A stretch of 64,000 nucleotides of DNA from Tubiluchus corallicola. Lineage: Eukaryota > Animalia > Priapulida. This document shows, piece by piece, positions 38,901 to 49,300 of the stretch (within the stretch, counting starts at the first letter, position 1; each line of letters begins with the position of its first letter). Below the pieces are notes generated by a model. That model saw only the letters and a list, made by a program, of their open reading frames with translations. It was not told the origin of the DNA and searched no databases. The stretch is from the NCBI GenBank assembly GCA_030141605.1, contig JAQGDQ010000312.1:83445-147444 (forward strand), written 5' to 3'. A program made the translations under genes and the position numbers.

Positions 38901-41900
38901 GTCAGGTCTAATACACACCTGTAGTTTCTCCGGGTACTCTGTCAGGTCTAATACACACCTGTAGTTTCTCCGGGTACTCTGTCGGGTCTAATACACACCT
39001 GTAGTTTCTCCGGGTACTCTGTCAGTGACAATTTTTATATACTTTTGCATAGGAAATACCCGTACTAGACAATTAGGCATTTGATTCTACATTACCGCAT
39101 GTCTAATAGATGGCGCCTACTACTGTGCTAGCCTAGTAAATACGGATAATTGGCAAATTTTTAACCAACGTCTTCCCGCTTTTGCCCGGCAAACCAAGAT
39201 GTGAGTGTAATTTAAAAAATGAATTAGAAGTCACGATGGCTTCACGTTGGTCGCCAGAAGTAAGAAGCCATGCAGCCTGTTAAGCGCCCATCAGCACGTT
39301 CGTTTGTTCTTATTCACTGATAAACTACAGGTGCTAATTAGACCATATAAACACCAACACCGGACACGATTCAGGCTCGGTAAAAGTGGTACATCGTGTA
39401 TGCTTTAGAGCTTCAATAATGTCACTGGCTTCTAATATTTCTTTGCTTCCCTTTTACTAGAAACACGAGTGCAGTGCAGCTGAAGCGAAAGATGTCTGCT
39501 ACGAAGATGGTGTGCCGAGAGACAAGGAAGAAAAAGAGGCATTGGCCCATAAGCCGCAATCTCGGGCAAACAAGGCCACACAGCACCCTCTGGTGGAGAA
39601 GAAAGTTACTAAACCAACACCAATTGAGAAGCCTCAATCTCATACACGTTAGTAAAAAATGTTGTTTTTGAAAAAATGCATAAATTGTTAATAAAATGGA
39701 AAGAACGTTTAGTATCGAATAAAGAATAGATATTTTTAATGCCGCCATTCATAGCTGTGATGGCCATTAATAGAAGGTGTGTGGCAGCTGTTAATTGAGT
39801 GGGTCTGACAGGCATTAATTGACAATCTGTAATCAATCTAACAATCACAGGAGTGTCTCATATAGACTAGTGTCATGGCTCAATTGTTGAAGATATTCGT
39901 TGATCTTTGATTTGTGAGGATAAAAACTGATAAGAATTAAAAAATAGACTAAATTCGAATCATATAATTGCTATAATATTAAAGACTCTTTCACTTCTGC
40001 TTGTTGTGTATATCAACTTAGTGTAGCAGATCTCCCATTTGTTGACATGGCTTTTACGTTCACTGTGCAGCACCCTTATAATAGCTAACTCACTTATTGT
40101 TAGATGCATGTGCGATGACAGATGTAGCTTGCTGATCTGCTACGCCATAATTGCAGTGTGCTATAAAAGCTGGTCTGTTTAATTTTTGGATGAAAGTACA
40201 ATCATTTGCAAAAGTTTAACACCAAGCTCGAGTTTTCGGGATTTTCATCATACTGTACTCTGATTGCAGAAGATTCTTTGGTGATTGCATCATACTGCTA
40301 GTGGTTTGAAACAGTACATCTAGTGAGTACGAGTGACTCATTTGCCTGCCGCTATCCATACAGATCAGCCGTTTTGTATTTTTCTTCTGATCCAAAAAAT
40401 GGGCAAAAAATCGTCATTGAGGGAGACTGAAATGGCAATAAGTGCTAGATTACAGTTTTCCAAGACAGCCGTGCACCAAGCTGTCGTCAAATTCGAGACT
40501 GATGGCACTTACAGTGATAGGAAACGGCCTGGACGTCCGCAGAAGACTACCGTACGCTCGTCTATGAGCTCCTGCAAGAAGATTCGGGCTAAGATGCGCT
40601 TGACAGGCTCGGAATTGAGTGCCAGTACAGTTTCTAGGTCTAGGCAAGCAGTTTGGCCTTAAATCCAGAAAGCCGGCCCATAAGCCACGTCTAACACGTG
40701 TACAATTACTGATCGAAATACCATCTTTTGGGTCCGAACTGTGCAACCTACAATACCATAACACCTGGTTGCTTACATCGTGTAAAAATGTTAAAAAAGT
40801 TGCCGCGGCATTCTCAAAAACATTGAGACAGTTTCGCTAATTTTGAAATTGTTGACAAATGTCACAAATAATTGGTGTCGTACTTGCCCAGGTTTGGGGT
40901 ATTCAGACAAGCTTACGACAATTTGGCGAGGTGGCAAGTTTTGGGACACCGGCGGTGAGCTTTAAACATTTTAAAAATTTTTGCCGAAACCAGCAACCTT
41001 TGGCGATAATGGCGAACACCTATGAATGTTTTACGACAACTTGGAACAGATTGATGACTGTTGGACTTATTCCCTGCTTTGCCCTTTTCATTAAGTTTGT
41101 GTTGAAATTATTTTATTTGTTAATAAGACTTTTCACAGTTTCGTTGTGCATACGCCCAGTTGCTGTAGGTGGAAGGTTGAGTGTACCACAGCAATGCATC
41201 TTAACTACAACAGTCACGTGACATGTGGGTAACGCAAAGCATTAGTTCAGTAATTTCAGTTGTTTCACATGGACTTTATTTAATTATGTATTAGTCTGTG
41301 TGTAGAGTGATTTACTAGTTGGATCTTTCTTGCGAACAAGAAAAAAAATGAACTAAGTTTTCTAGCTAGTTGTTAAAACTGTTACTGTTACAATAGCGTG
41401 GGCTGTGAGGCGTTGTTTGGTACACTTAACCTTTGACCTTTTCACGATCATCATCAATCGCTTGAACTGTGAAAAGGCTTATTGGTCAAATTTGAGTATT
41501 GTTCTTAGTGGACTAATTTCTTCTTTGTTAAGTTTTTGCCCTGTGTATTTGTAGTTGTTAGACAATAAACCTAATGTAATCTACAGTGCTTTCACCATAT
41601 TTATAATCTCTTGATGCTAATCTAACCCTGTAGCTTATTTCAGATACCACTCAAAGCCCAACACAAAGTAAAGACAAACATTCTGATCTTGTCACGGGTG
41701 CTGATTTATCAAAAACTCATGAAGCCACTTCAAACAGCACCTCTACGTTACTCGATGAAGCCACTTCAAACAGCACCTCTACGTTACTCGATGAAACCAG
41801 TACGACTCAGGGTTGCTTGAACAATGTCGTGCAAAAAGAGCGTGGCACCTCGGCCATTCAACATCTATACAAACCTTCATTGAAGCTATCGGGTAACTTC

Positions 41901-42721
41901 TTATGGTCGTTTAAATAAGGATTTTAATCTTAATTAATTTTATAATTATCAAATTATTTCAGTAACCAGTTATTAACGTTACAAACTTTAAAGAAGAAAC
42001 AAAAAACATATTTTTTTATACAATTGGGCACACTGTCTAGTTGCAATCCAGCACACAACACAAGACTTGCTCAATATTGATGACTGTAGCTAGACCAGAA
42101 TATGGCACAGCCTCTAAGATGAGCCACTGAACTGGCCGAGGTGCCTCAGCCATGTTTGAATATAAATACCTGCCTCCCCAAACCAGAATACTATTGCGGG
42201 GTGAAAATCGCCCAGAGCAAATATTGAACCTGGACAACCTGGGCCATGCACTGACATGCCTTAGTATGGCTTAGCTTCGTCTGTGAAGCATGTGTGCTGT
42301 GACCACTTGGCTATTCACCGCCAGCCAAGTTGACCATTTTTTTGCAAAGTTTGTTTGCATTATACTATTGTTTAAGCTTCTCATTTTTTTCTGTTGCATC
42401 GTAGATCTTGAAACACGCTCGGTCGATTTTGAAGTGACCTCGTCGAAGAAAGAACAGTCTCTGTGCATCAGTGACACGAACCTCCCGAACCTGGGAGATT
42501 CTCCGAGAAAGATCAAGAAAAAAAAGAAGCCGCAATGGAGGTCATTTTCCCTGAAGAGGTTGTACCGCCACAGGGACAATTCCCCTTCCCCTTCCAGCCA
42601 TAAAAAGTGTGATACGTTAAGCAACGAAGAAGATGCGAAGACGAAAGAGAAGTCTAGTTCTCCTTATAATGTAGTAAAATCTGTGAAATCGTTCCTTTTT
42701 GGAAAGAAAAAGACGTCATAG
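12368..42721 (+). CDS. ANO8: Anoctamin-8-like (TMEM16H) gene, 18 exons, ~937 aa excluding the unidentified first exon
   Basis: Exons 12368-12629, 13831-13934, 15248-15379, 17008-17124, 17981-18108, 20182-20343, 22980-23150, 23975-24092, 25341-25396, 26938-27012, 28023-28177, 28912-29050, 29480-29677, 35516-35647, 36007-36117, 39461-39647, 41644-41892, 42405-42721. All introns are GT-AG with consistent phases. ANO8-type motifs: NCDVMVTFP, KAEFGGG, QPLDDICDYFGVKI, ELAYKWGTLD, ENYRLEKEYENHL, LLITRQ, DYLEMVMQFGYV, IEIRSDAFKLC. The last three low-complexity exons are less certain. Confidence 0.92.
14270..14998. repeat. 21-bp minisatellite (gtattcagactactagcagta)n in an ANO8 intron
   Basis: About 34 units with one variable triplet. 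Confidence 0.95.
16474..16921. mobile_element. pogo/Tigger-like MITE
   Basis: TA|cagtcaacctcgg ... ctgaggttggctg|TA, with internal tataaggga subrepeats. Confidence 0.82.
19895..20017. repeat. ~28-bp AT-rich tandem repeat, 4 copies
   Basis: aaattaatgtattaagcaatattttaat repeated. Confidence 0.85.
20680..22910. repeat. 22-bp pyrimidine-rich minisatellite (atttggttccttcatttgctcc)n, ~2.2 kb
   Basis: About 100 units, with a 44-bp dimer structure at the 5' end. Ends ~70 bp before the ANO8 exon at 22980. Confidence 0.95.
23134..23420 (+). repeat. 37-bp minisatellite spanning an ANO8 exon/intron junction, 8 copies of GTAAGT
   Basis: Unit aatggtgcaataagaaa|gtaagtacagggtgtcctga. GT at 23151, 23188, 23225, 23262, 23299, 23336, 23373, 23410. 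Confidence 0.95.
24275..25048. repeat. Pentamer-based (gactg/ggaat) complex minisatellite
   Basis: Recurrent gacatgactggactggac and ggacaggaatgcact modules. Confidence 0.9.
25488..26260. mobile_element. PIF/Harbinger-like MITE with an internal 118-bp tandem array
   Basis: Imperfect inverted ends (ttcagactag / ctagtctgaa). About 4.7 units of 118 bp (25520-26090) alternating between two variants. Related remnant at ~49340-49475. Confidence 0.7.
26501..26888. mobile_element. CMC-EnSpm-like non-autonomous element
   Basis: cccagagaacattgacattatgggcc ... ggcccatagtggcaatgtttactggg, with 2-bp TSD ac/ac. Confidence 0.75.
27288..27405. repeat. 39-bp tandem repeat, 3 copies
   Basis: atacattgtgtctgtctatctgattagcagtactcgtct. 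Confidence 0.9.
27672..27903. repeat. (GAT/GGT)n trinucleotide tract
   Basis: Visible low-complexity run. Confidence 0.9.
29766..30424. mobile_element. TTAA-flanked (piggyBac-like) non-autonomous element containing a (CA)n tract; sister copy at 57852-58257
   Basis: Both copies end gtagtgaaaggg|ttaa and share internal sequence (aataaacagacccgggtgac). Confidence 0.65.
30888..32431 (-). CDS. LRAT/NC-domain (permuted NlpC/P60) protein, 184 aa, two exons, nested antisense in an ANO8 intron
   Basis: Exon 1 32431-32406 (ATG CCT TTG TTC CAC ACA GTA GAC AG|gtaagt) plus exon 2 31416-30888 (tttaatttccag|G AAT) total 555 nt. Protein MPLFHTVDRNDLKPGDHIYVWRSVNYAHHGIYIGNDEVIHFTG...FGEYNLLTNNCEMFALTCC, with the His/His/Cys catalytic residues present. 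Confidence 0.85.
32938..33004. repeat. (TAT)n microsatellite
   Basis: About 22 perfect units. Confidence 0.95.
34644..34969 (+). mobile_element. Probable solo LTR (326 bp) inserted in a (TA)n tract
   Basis: TG...CA ends with short inverted termini tgtagcgaag / cttcgtaaca. GC-richer than the flanks, with (TA)n on both sides. Confidence 0.7.
35659..35955. repeat. (CT)n microsatellite filling most of a 359-bp ANO8 intron
   Basis: About 300 bp of CT repeat between exons 35516-35647 and 36007-36117. Confidence 0.97.
36340..36600 (+). mobile_element. Old SINE with a 5S-rRNA-like segment (related copies ~17260-17470, 52370-52620 on minus, 59620-59830)
   Basis: gaccgaagttaggcaatgtcgtgaccggtcag and ggatgggtg segments resemble the 5S internal promoter region. 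Copies are mutually similar but diverged. Confidence 0.4.
36913..39025. repeat. 40-bp minisatellite, ~53 units
   Basis: gcacacctgtagtttcaccaggtactctgtcaggtctaat in unbroken 40-bp register. Confidence 0.97.
40199..40700 (+). pseudogene. Degenerate Tc1-family transposon, 5' part
   Basis: TA|caatcatttgcaaaagttt terminus. ATG at 40399 gives MGKK...ISARLQFSKTAVHQAVVKFETDGTYSDRKRPGRPQKTT (HTH plus GRPR-like motif), then a frameshift to FGLKSRKPAHKPRLT. No DDE domain follows. Confidence 0.8.
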
Positions 42722-42869
42722 TTTAGGAGAAGATGATGCCGGCGTAATTTTCCACATTTTGTTGTTTTGGTTGAAGTGTTTGTGAACGAAAAAAACCACT
42801 TAAAGTGCAGCTTTCTAAAAGTGTGTAGCTTGTATGACAGGAGTTTCCCATACTAGATATTTTTGAGAC

Positions 42870-42875
42870 AATAAA
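42870..42875 (+). promoter_or_regulatory. Candidate ANO8 polyadenylation signal (alternatives at 44431, 44467)
   Basis: AATAAA about 150 bp after the stop codon. Confidence 0.4.
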
Positions 42876-42896
42876 GAGTCAATAGCTATAGATCAT

Positions 42897-43470
42897 CAGG
42901 GGTGTGCAAATTGCGGCCTGCGGGCCACTTGCGGCCCGCCGAGAGAATTTGTGTGGCCCGTGAAGAGATTTGTCAACCTAATGAAAGTGAGGCCCGGGCG
43001 ATTAATTCATTGTATCCAGCTGAAGTCCGTGCCACAATCCCAAAGATAGTGCGGGTAGTTTTTTCTACTAGATCGGATGCCATTAACCCTCACAAGACGG
43101 TTGTAGCTTAATGTCACTGTACTACACAGACTGTGTGATACACATTACTAATATGCATTGTAATGAAATTACCACCATCTGTCCTGAAAGTAGAAATATA
43201 TGGTTTGTAATATAAATTTTAATAACTTGTTAAATAGTTTCTTGAGTGTAGTAGTAATGAGGTACGCAGGTCGGATGCAAAAAAATCGTTATTAGGCCTT
43301 TCTGTACTTGGCTCCTTGATCAAACTGCCTGTGGCCCAAAGGAATTGCGGGAAAGTTTAATGTGGCCTGAAACACTCAATTAATCGCCCGGGCCGCACTT
43401 TCATTAGGTTGACAAATCTCTTCACGGGCCGCACAAATTCTCTCGGCGGGCCGCAATTTGCACACCCCTG
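42897..43470. mobile_element. Rearranged hAT MITE with two left ends in inverted orientation
   Basis: Same family as 9709-10120. 43371-43470 is the reverse complement of the left ~100 bp. No matching TSD. Confidence 0.85.
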
Positions 43471-46346
43471 ATATAAAACTAACTCATATGGCATCTATTG
43501 TTGGCCAATTGTCTTTTTAGAAGTGGTTTAATTACTTTTGACAAGTATGTTGTAGGTTTTAATGTTTTTTTCGTCACAAGAATGCGGTGTCTAGGTTTTT
43601 CAAAAACAGCATCATACATTTGTGACTAACTTTCTGTAGTTGCATATTATGGCCTTGTCTAACAGTTCAAAATTTTTTCACACATTTTTTTCCGAAACGT
43701 ATTTTTCCAAGTAGAGTTTGCACCTACACGATATGATTTGTAAACAGAACTGTATTTTCTAATAATTGTGCATGAGTTTGTAAACGACATCAAACATCAT
43801 GAGTTTTGCTAACATTGTCAAGCGAGGCTGGTTTGACTTCCTATATATGCATGCAGTGAGCTGTTATTACAGATCTGGTGACGTTTTTTTCATTCTCGTA
43901 GTTGTTCTATTGATGACGCTTGGGCTAAATGAGTTTAAATTCCTTCAAAATGACATAATTGTTAATTCATTATACGTTGTGATATTTTTAATGATTATTA
44001 ATGAGGAAGTTGAGCTGGTTTTTAAAATTTTTAGTATTCCAATTTCAACAAAAATCATCCGTGTTAAAAATGTCTTATTTCACAGTCATTTTCTGAAATA
44101 TGTGGGGATTCTTCCAAAATTTCCAAAAACAGATTTTCCAAAAAACGACTATTTTTATGATGAATTTTAAATATTTCAAGACACTGTTTCTAGAGAACAT
44201 CATTTTGAGTTTAAAAGCCCATGTGTTATTTTGACGCTGTTTCAACAAACTTGATAAGTCTGTTTTGTAGTTGTAATTTGTTGGTTTCCTTAGTAGATGT
44301 GGTTTACAAAAGGTTAGTTGTTGTGATTTGAAAAGAGTGCTCTGAATAATAACAGGTAATTGCTTAAATTTTGTCTATACCAATATTGTTGTGTATCTTA
44401 AAATTTACAACGAGTTGTACAATGGATGGTAATAAAAAAAATCTATGTAATGTTGCGATAGTTCCTAATAAATTGTTTGAAATTTTAGAAATATGTAAAT
44501 TCAAAATTTTGAATCCAGTTACTGCTTATATTCACCTTCCTTAATTTTTTCCGTTTTCTTAAGTTGGTCCGTTTCAAAATTTTTATTATTCAGTTCGAGA
44601 AACGAAACGAACTGCACTAAACAGCTTAAATTTTGCAGGTAACAGGACGCATAGCCAAAAAATAAGTGATTACCATAAAATACTGTAGAAAAATTTGAAG
44701 CCAATAGCTTGTCAGCACCACTTCCACCAAAAAGAGCTGAGTAGCACACCGTGAAAGTCTGTAACACAAAAACTTTCGTTTCTGGTCATTTAGTGTAAAA
44801 AAAGTATCTTAAGTATCCAAAGTGGCAGTCACAATAGCAGTAATCTTGAACTGATATTAAAAAATAAATTAGACATACTTTGATCAGCAGTCAGAGATGA
44901 ATAACTGAACGGTCGTTTCTTCAGTGCACTTATAGGCAGTCTACGTATACTTATATACGTATATGCATCCAAAATATAGCTAGCATACCTTTCCTGGTTC
45001 ACTGTATCGAAAAAAATTGTATTTGATGCCAAACAGCTTTACAGACAAAGCCTGTCCTAGTCGTGCACTGTTAACACTAATTTTATATATAATTTATTGC
45101 AGTCTGGAAAGTTGCATTACACTTAAACCTTGGCGGGTATTGATTTGACTTGCTCTTACCTGTGACTTGTATTAATTGTGCTGTGAAAACGAACTAATCA
45201 AAAATAATCAACAAAGAAACAAAATGAATTGTGTAAAATGTGGCCACACTAATAACAAATTTATTGAACAAAAATCCAAATTTAACTAGTGCACTTTACA
45301 TTTCAAATTAAATTTCAAATCATAACAAAAATAGCCACATAACACTTTAAATCAACGATTTCACATATAGGCCTATATCTTTAACAGGAAAAAAGGACCA
45401 CCTTTTATGGCACCAGCTGACAGGTGGTCACCGATCAGCGGTGACAATTCTTTTTTATAGGCAGGGTTGACCAAGCGCATGGTTACACATGCATGAAGCC
45501 ATACGATCTAAAGGCCGCTAGTGAAGCCAGGTTTGGCATAAAGCGGATTTTCCGACACACTGGGTATCTAATTTTGGACAGTTATTTAATGTTCTTGCTA
45601 ATGGCAAGGCTCATTGCTGTCTACAAGACATTGAGTAGTTAGGCCCAGTCATTCATTACAGTATTTCTATTTGCAGTATTAACACGCCCGGGCTGAGGTA
45701 CATAAAAATGGGTAATGTTAGCGCTGGTCTAGTGAAAGGGCAGCTAAAGCATGCGTAACTTTTAGTCGACCTTGAATGCCAGTAGGACCCTTTTTACTGC
45801 CGTCAATGTGCTTCCGCAATCCGTCTTTAGCATTTGTCTTTCCATGGATCATTATTTTCATGAATTATTTTGAAATTTTTCAAAAAGTTTATTGCATCTT
45901 TAATATAAGTCATCTAGGAATACTTTAATATTTACGTCTCTTGGCAGTCTTCGTTGCTCTTTAGTGGGATATAGTAATGAATTAGTCACCTATTTAGGTA
46001 GCTACTTCACCAGCTTTAGCTGTGTAACCTACCGTGCAATCTCTTTCGGCACGGAACTACGGATACGTTAACGAAATGGTCGTGCGTAAAGCGTTTCCAA
46101 ATTCCAACTTCCTGGCGGCTCTCGCGGTGTTTTTGCGCCCTTTCGAATCTCTCTGACTGACAAGCCGGTCTAAACACGTGCCTGGGAGCCGGTGGATAGG
46201 TTTCGTCTTCTTTGCCTTGACAGGTTTGGCTGTGTAGGAAGGTGGTTATTTGTTAGGTGAATTACCTGCTTATTTAGAGCTTTTCGTAGTTGTCATTTTG
46301 CATTCTTCACACCAAACATTAGATAGAATTACTGAAAAAGACGACG

Positions 46347-49300
46347 ATGTCAGGGCCACTTCCATCACCAATCAAAAATCCTGAAATCAAATACAAGCAG
46401 GTAAAACTTCGTTTCAGTGCGATTGCTTTCGTTTTATTAAAGTGTAGGCGTAGTTATTATAGAATGTAAATTGTACGTCACAGCATGATTATTGTTTTCT
46501 GCCTAGGCATGTAGCCGCAATATTAGTCGTTCTTTGCAAATTTTTCAAAAGGTAATCGTATATACCGAATGGCGTAAATCATGGAAAACTCAGATTTGAA
46601 GGCTAGGGTCTGAAGCTTCAGGACTCTTGTCCATGGACTCGATGACTAAGTTTTGAGCTTTAGGACCGTATCAACTTTTTAAGAACTTTGACTGTAATGC
46701 GTAGATCACATTCACTAAAACAAGAGTTGACTCTTTGACTCGAACACTAAGATTTCAGTCTTTAGAATAAGTCCACATTTTAAAAACTTGAACTCAAGTG
46801 CTAAAGTCTCTGGTTTTAAGATTAGTGTCGACAATTACTGTTCAAATGCAAAAACACAATTTCTAGGTGAGTCTGTTTGCTAGGAACTCGGATTCTAGTG
46901 GTAAGATCTGAAACATTGTTTTTATTTGCAGCTTTTTATTAACAATGAATGGAGAAATGCAAAAAGTGGCAAGACATTCAAGACTCTGAATCCGTGCACG
47001 GAAAAGCCGATTTGTGAAGTGCAGGAAGCCGGCAAGGAAGACGTAGATGACGCCGTAGCTGCCGCACGGGCCGCATTTGCCCTCGGATCGCCATGGAGAC
47101 GAATGGATGCTTCCGAAAGGGGGCGCCTGCTGGACAAGTTTGCGGATTTGATGGAACGGGATAGAGTTTTATTAGCTGTAAGTTGATCTTTTTGTTTTAG
47201 ATTTGCTCCTGTACGTTTGCATACTTTAAATTTCTACTAATGCCCTCCTTGAAAGTGGCAATAAATGCTTGCCCACTTAATGTAAAATCTGCAGTGACTC
47301 TAAAAACATTCAAAAACGAACTGAAAAATAGTAAAGTAACCTTCAAAAAATAACTAATATGAAAACATCGAACAACACATATTATGAACGTTCACCCGGT
47401 AGTTTCTAGTTAGTGGCAGGACCAAAATCTGTCGTGCATTAACATATCAACAAATTAAAACCTACCACGCACAAAACATCCATGAAGCACCTAATTTGAA
47501 TTTCAATTTGTAAATATTGTAAAGTTTTAAAATCTTTAAATGTATCTTTAAGTTTTTTATTGTAATTAATTATAATATCATCTGTGTTTTTAATTGTAAA
47601 TTCATTTTAACGCTATTGCTCACAGCAGTGGAAGCACTGATTGCACTATCAATTTTTGAAAGTAGTTTAGAATTTATCGATGTGTAATTTTAACAGCAAT
47701 AAAGAATTTTATTATTATATTATCGTAGAAGATATTTTAGATATCCCCGTGTTCCGATAGGTGCCTTTTATAAACCTTAACTATAAGTACTAAAGGCAGG
47801 AGCATTGCTAGGTTCTTAAGTTAGGGGGAACAAGTACATAAAAAAAAACACCTTGGCAACCTTGACACATAAAACAATTACATGTTTGTCTAAGTGACAG
47901 CTGACAGTATCAACGTGTGACAATAATATATTATAATAATTAGATTTGGGGCAATTTGATCCTTGGTTCAATCAGTCAACCTTGACAAATGAGTTGTGCA
48001 AATGCGCGCTTATTTAAAACTGAGATAGGCAGGTTTATTATATTAAGTAATGAGGCAGATTGTTGAAAAGGCACCAGTTCTACGAAATGTGATCCGGGGG
48101 TGCAAGAAGAGCAACCGCTCCCCCGGAACACCCAGCGGTCTCTCTGCTTGCTCCCTTATTAGCTATGCAGCTGGTCAAGGGTCAATATATAGGGGGTCAG
48201 TGACACAGTTTGACATTTAATTAGCAGGCTTTGTTTCTAGTTTTACTGAGGAACTGTAAACCTCTAACTTGTTATGAATTTAATTTGTTTCAAATTATTA
48301 TTATCATCGTCAGTTGTGGTTTGTACTCAAAGGATAATATGCAATGCAGTTTTTACAAAAGTGCAAACATACCTAGAGCAAACTGTTAACATGACAGTAA
48401 CGAAAATAATTACAAAATCAAAGTACATATTACTTTAAAGCACAAGAAAACCCTTCACTTAAATAACCCTAAAAATTGTCTTGAAATTTTGTATCACCTG
48501 CATTAATGCCTTATTGCGCATGTAATAGCAGTAACGTTGTATATAGCTTGTAAATTTCTACTTCTCATTTCTAAATGGATATTATTATTTCACCTTAACT
48601 TTACTAACGTTTGACTGTCATGTAACATTTGACTGTATATCAATGAGTATCAGTAATGTCTTTTTGAAAATGTATCATCTCATCATATGGATAATAAATT
48701 AAATTAAATTGATGAAATTTACTTGGAAAATTTATTAAAGTCTGTAGCCTATTTTTAAAAGGTATTGCTTTTTTGACTCATGTACAGTTAATACTGGCTT
48801 TTACTGGAACATCATTTACATGTGCTTGCATTACTATTGCATTGTAGAGTTTGGAAACATTGGACAATGGCAAACCGTTTGTGGCGTCTTACATGGTTGA
48901 TATGCCATTTGGCATGAAACATGTCCGCCATAACGCCGGCTGGGCAGATAAAATTTGTGGAAAGACGATACCTGTCGGTAAGGAGACGTCATGTATTTAT
49001 TTTGTATGTTTTTTTTGTATTAATATTCGTCTCTATTGTTCCTCAGTGCACAGGGCCTACATAAAAAGTCTGCGTATGTAGGGTCAAACGTCAGATTATG
49101 TAGGGGTCAAAAGTACAGTTTGACCTTTAATTAGCAGGTTTTATGTTTTCGTTAAAAAGTTCTATTGAGGAACATTACTTAGCATTGTCATCTACCTAAT
49201 AATCTTACATCCTGTGTAAAAATTTTCTCATTTTGCTCTGAATGCAAATTTGAAATTCCTATTTTTATTTTTTATGTTCCGTTCGAATAAACATCGAACA

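Noticed and set aside
36913-39025. CRISPR-like regular array
   Set aside because: Units are contiguous with no unique spacers, there are no cas genes, and the context is a eukaryotic intron.
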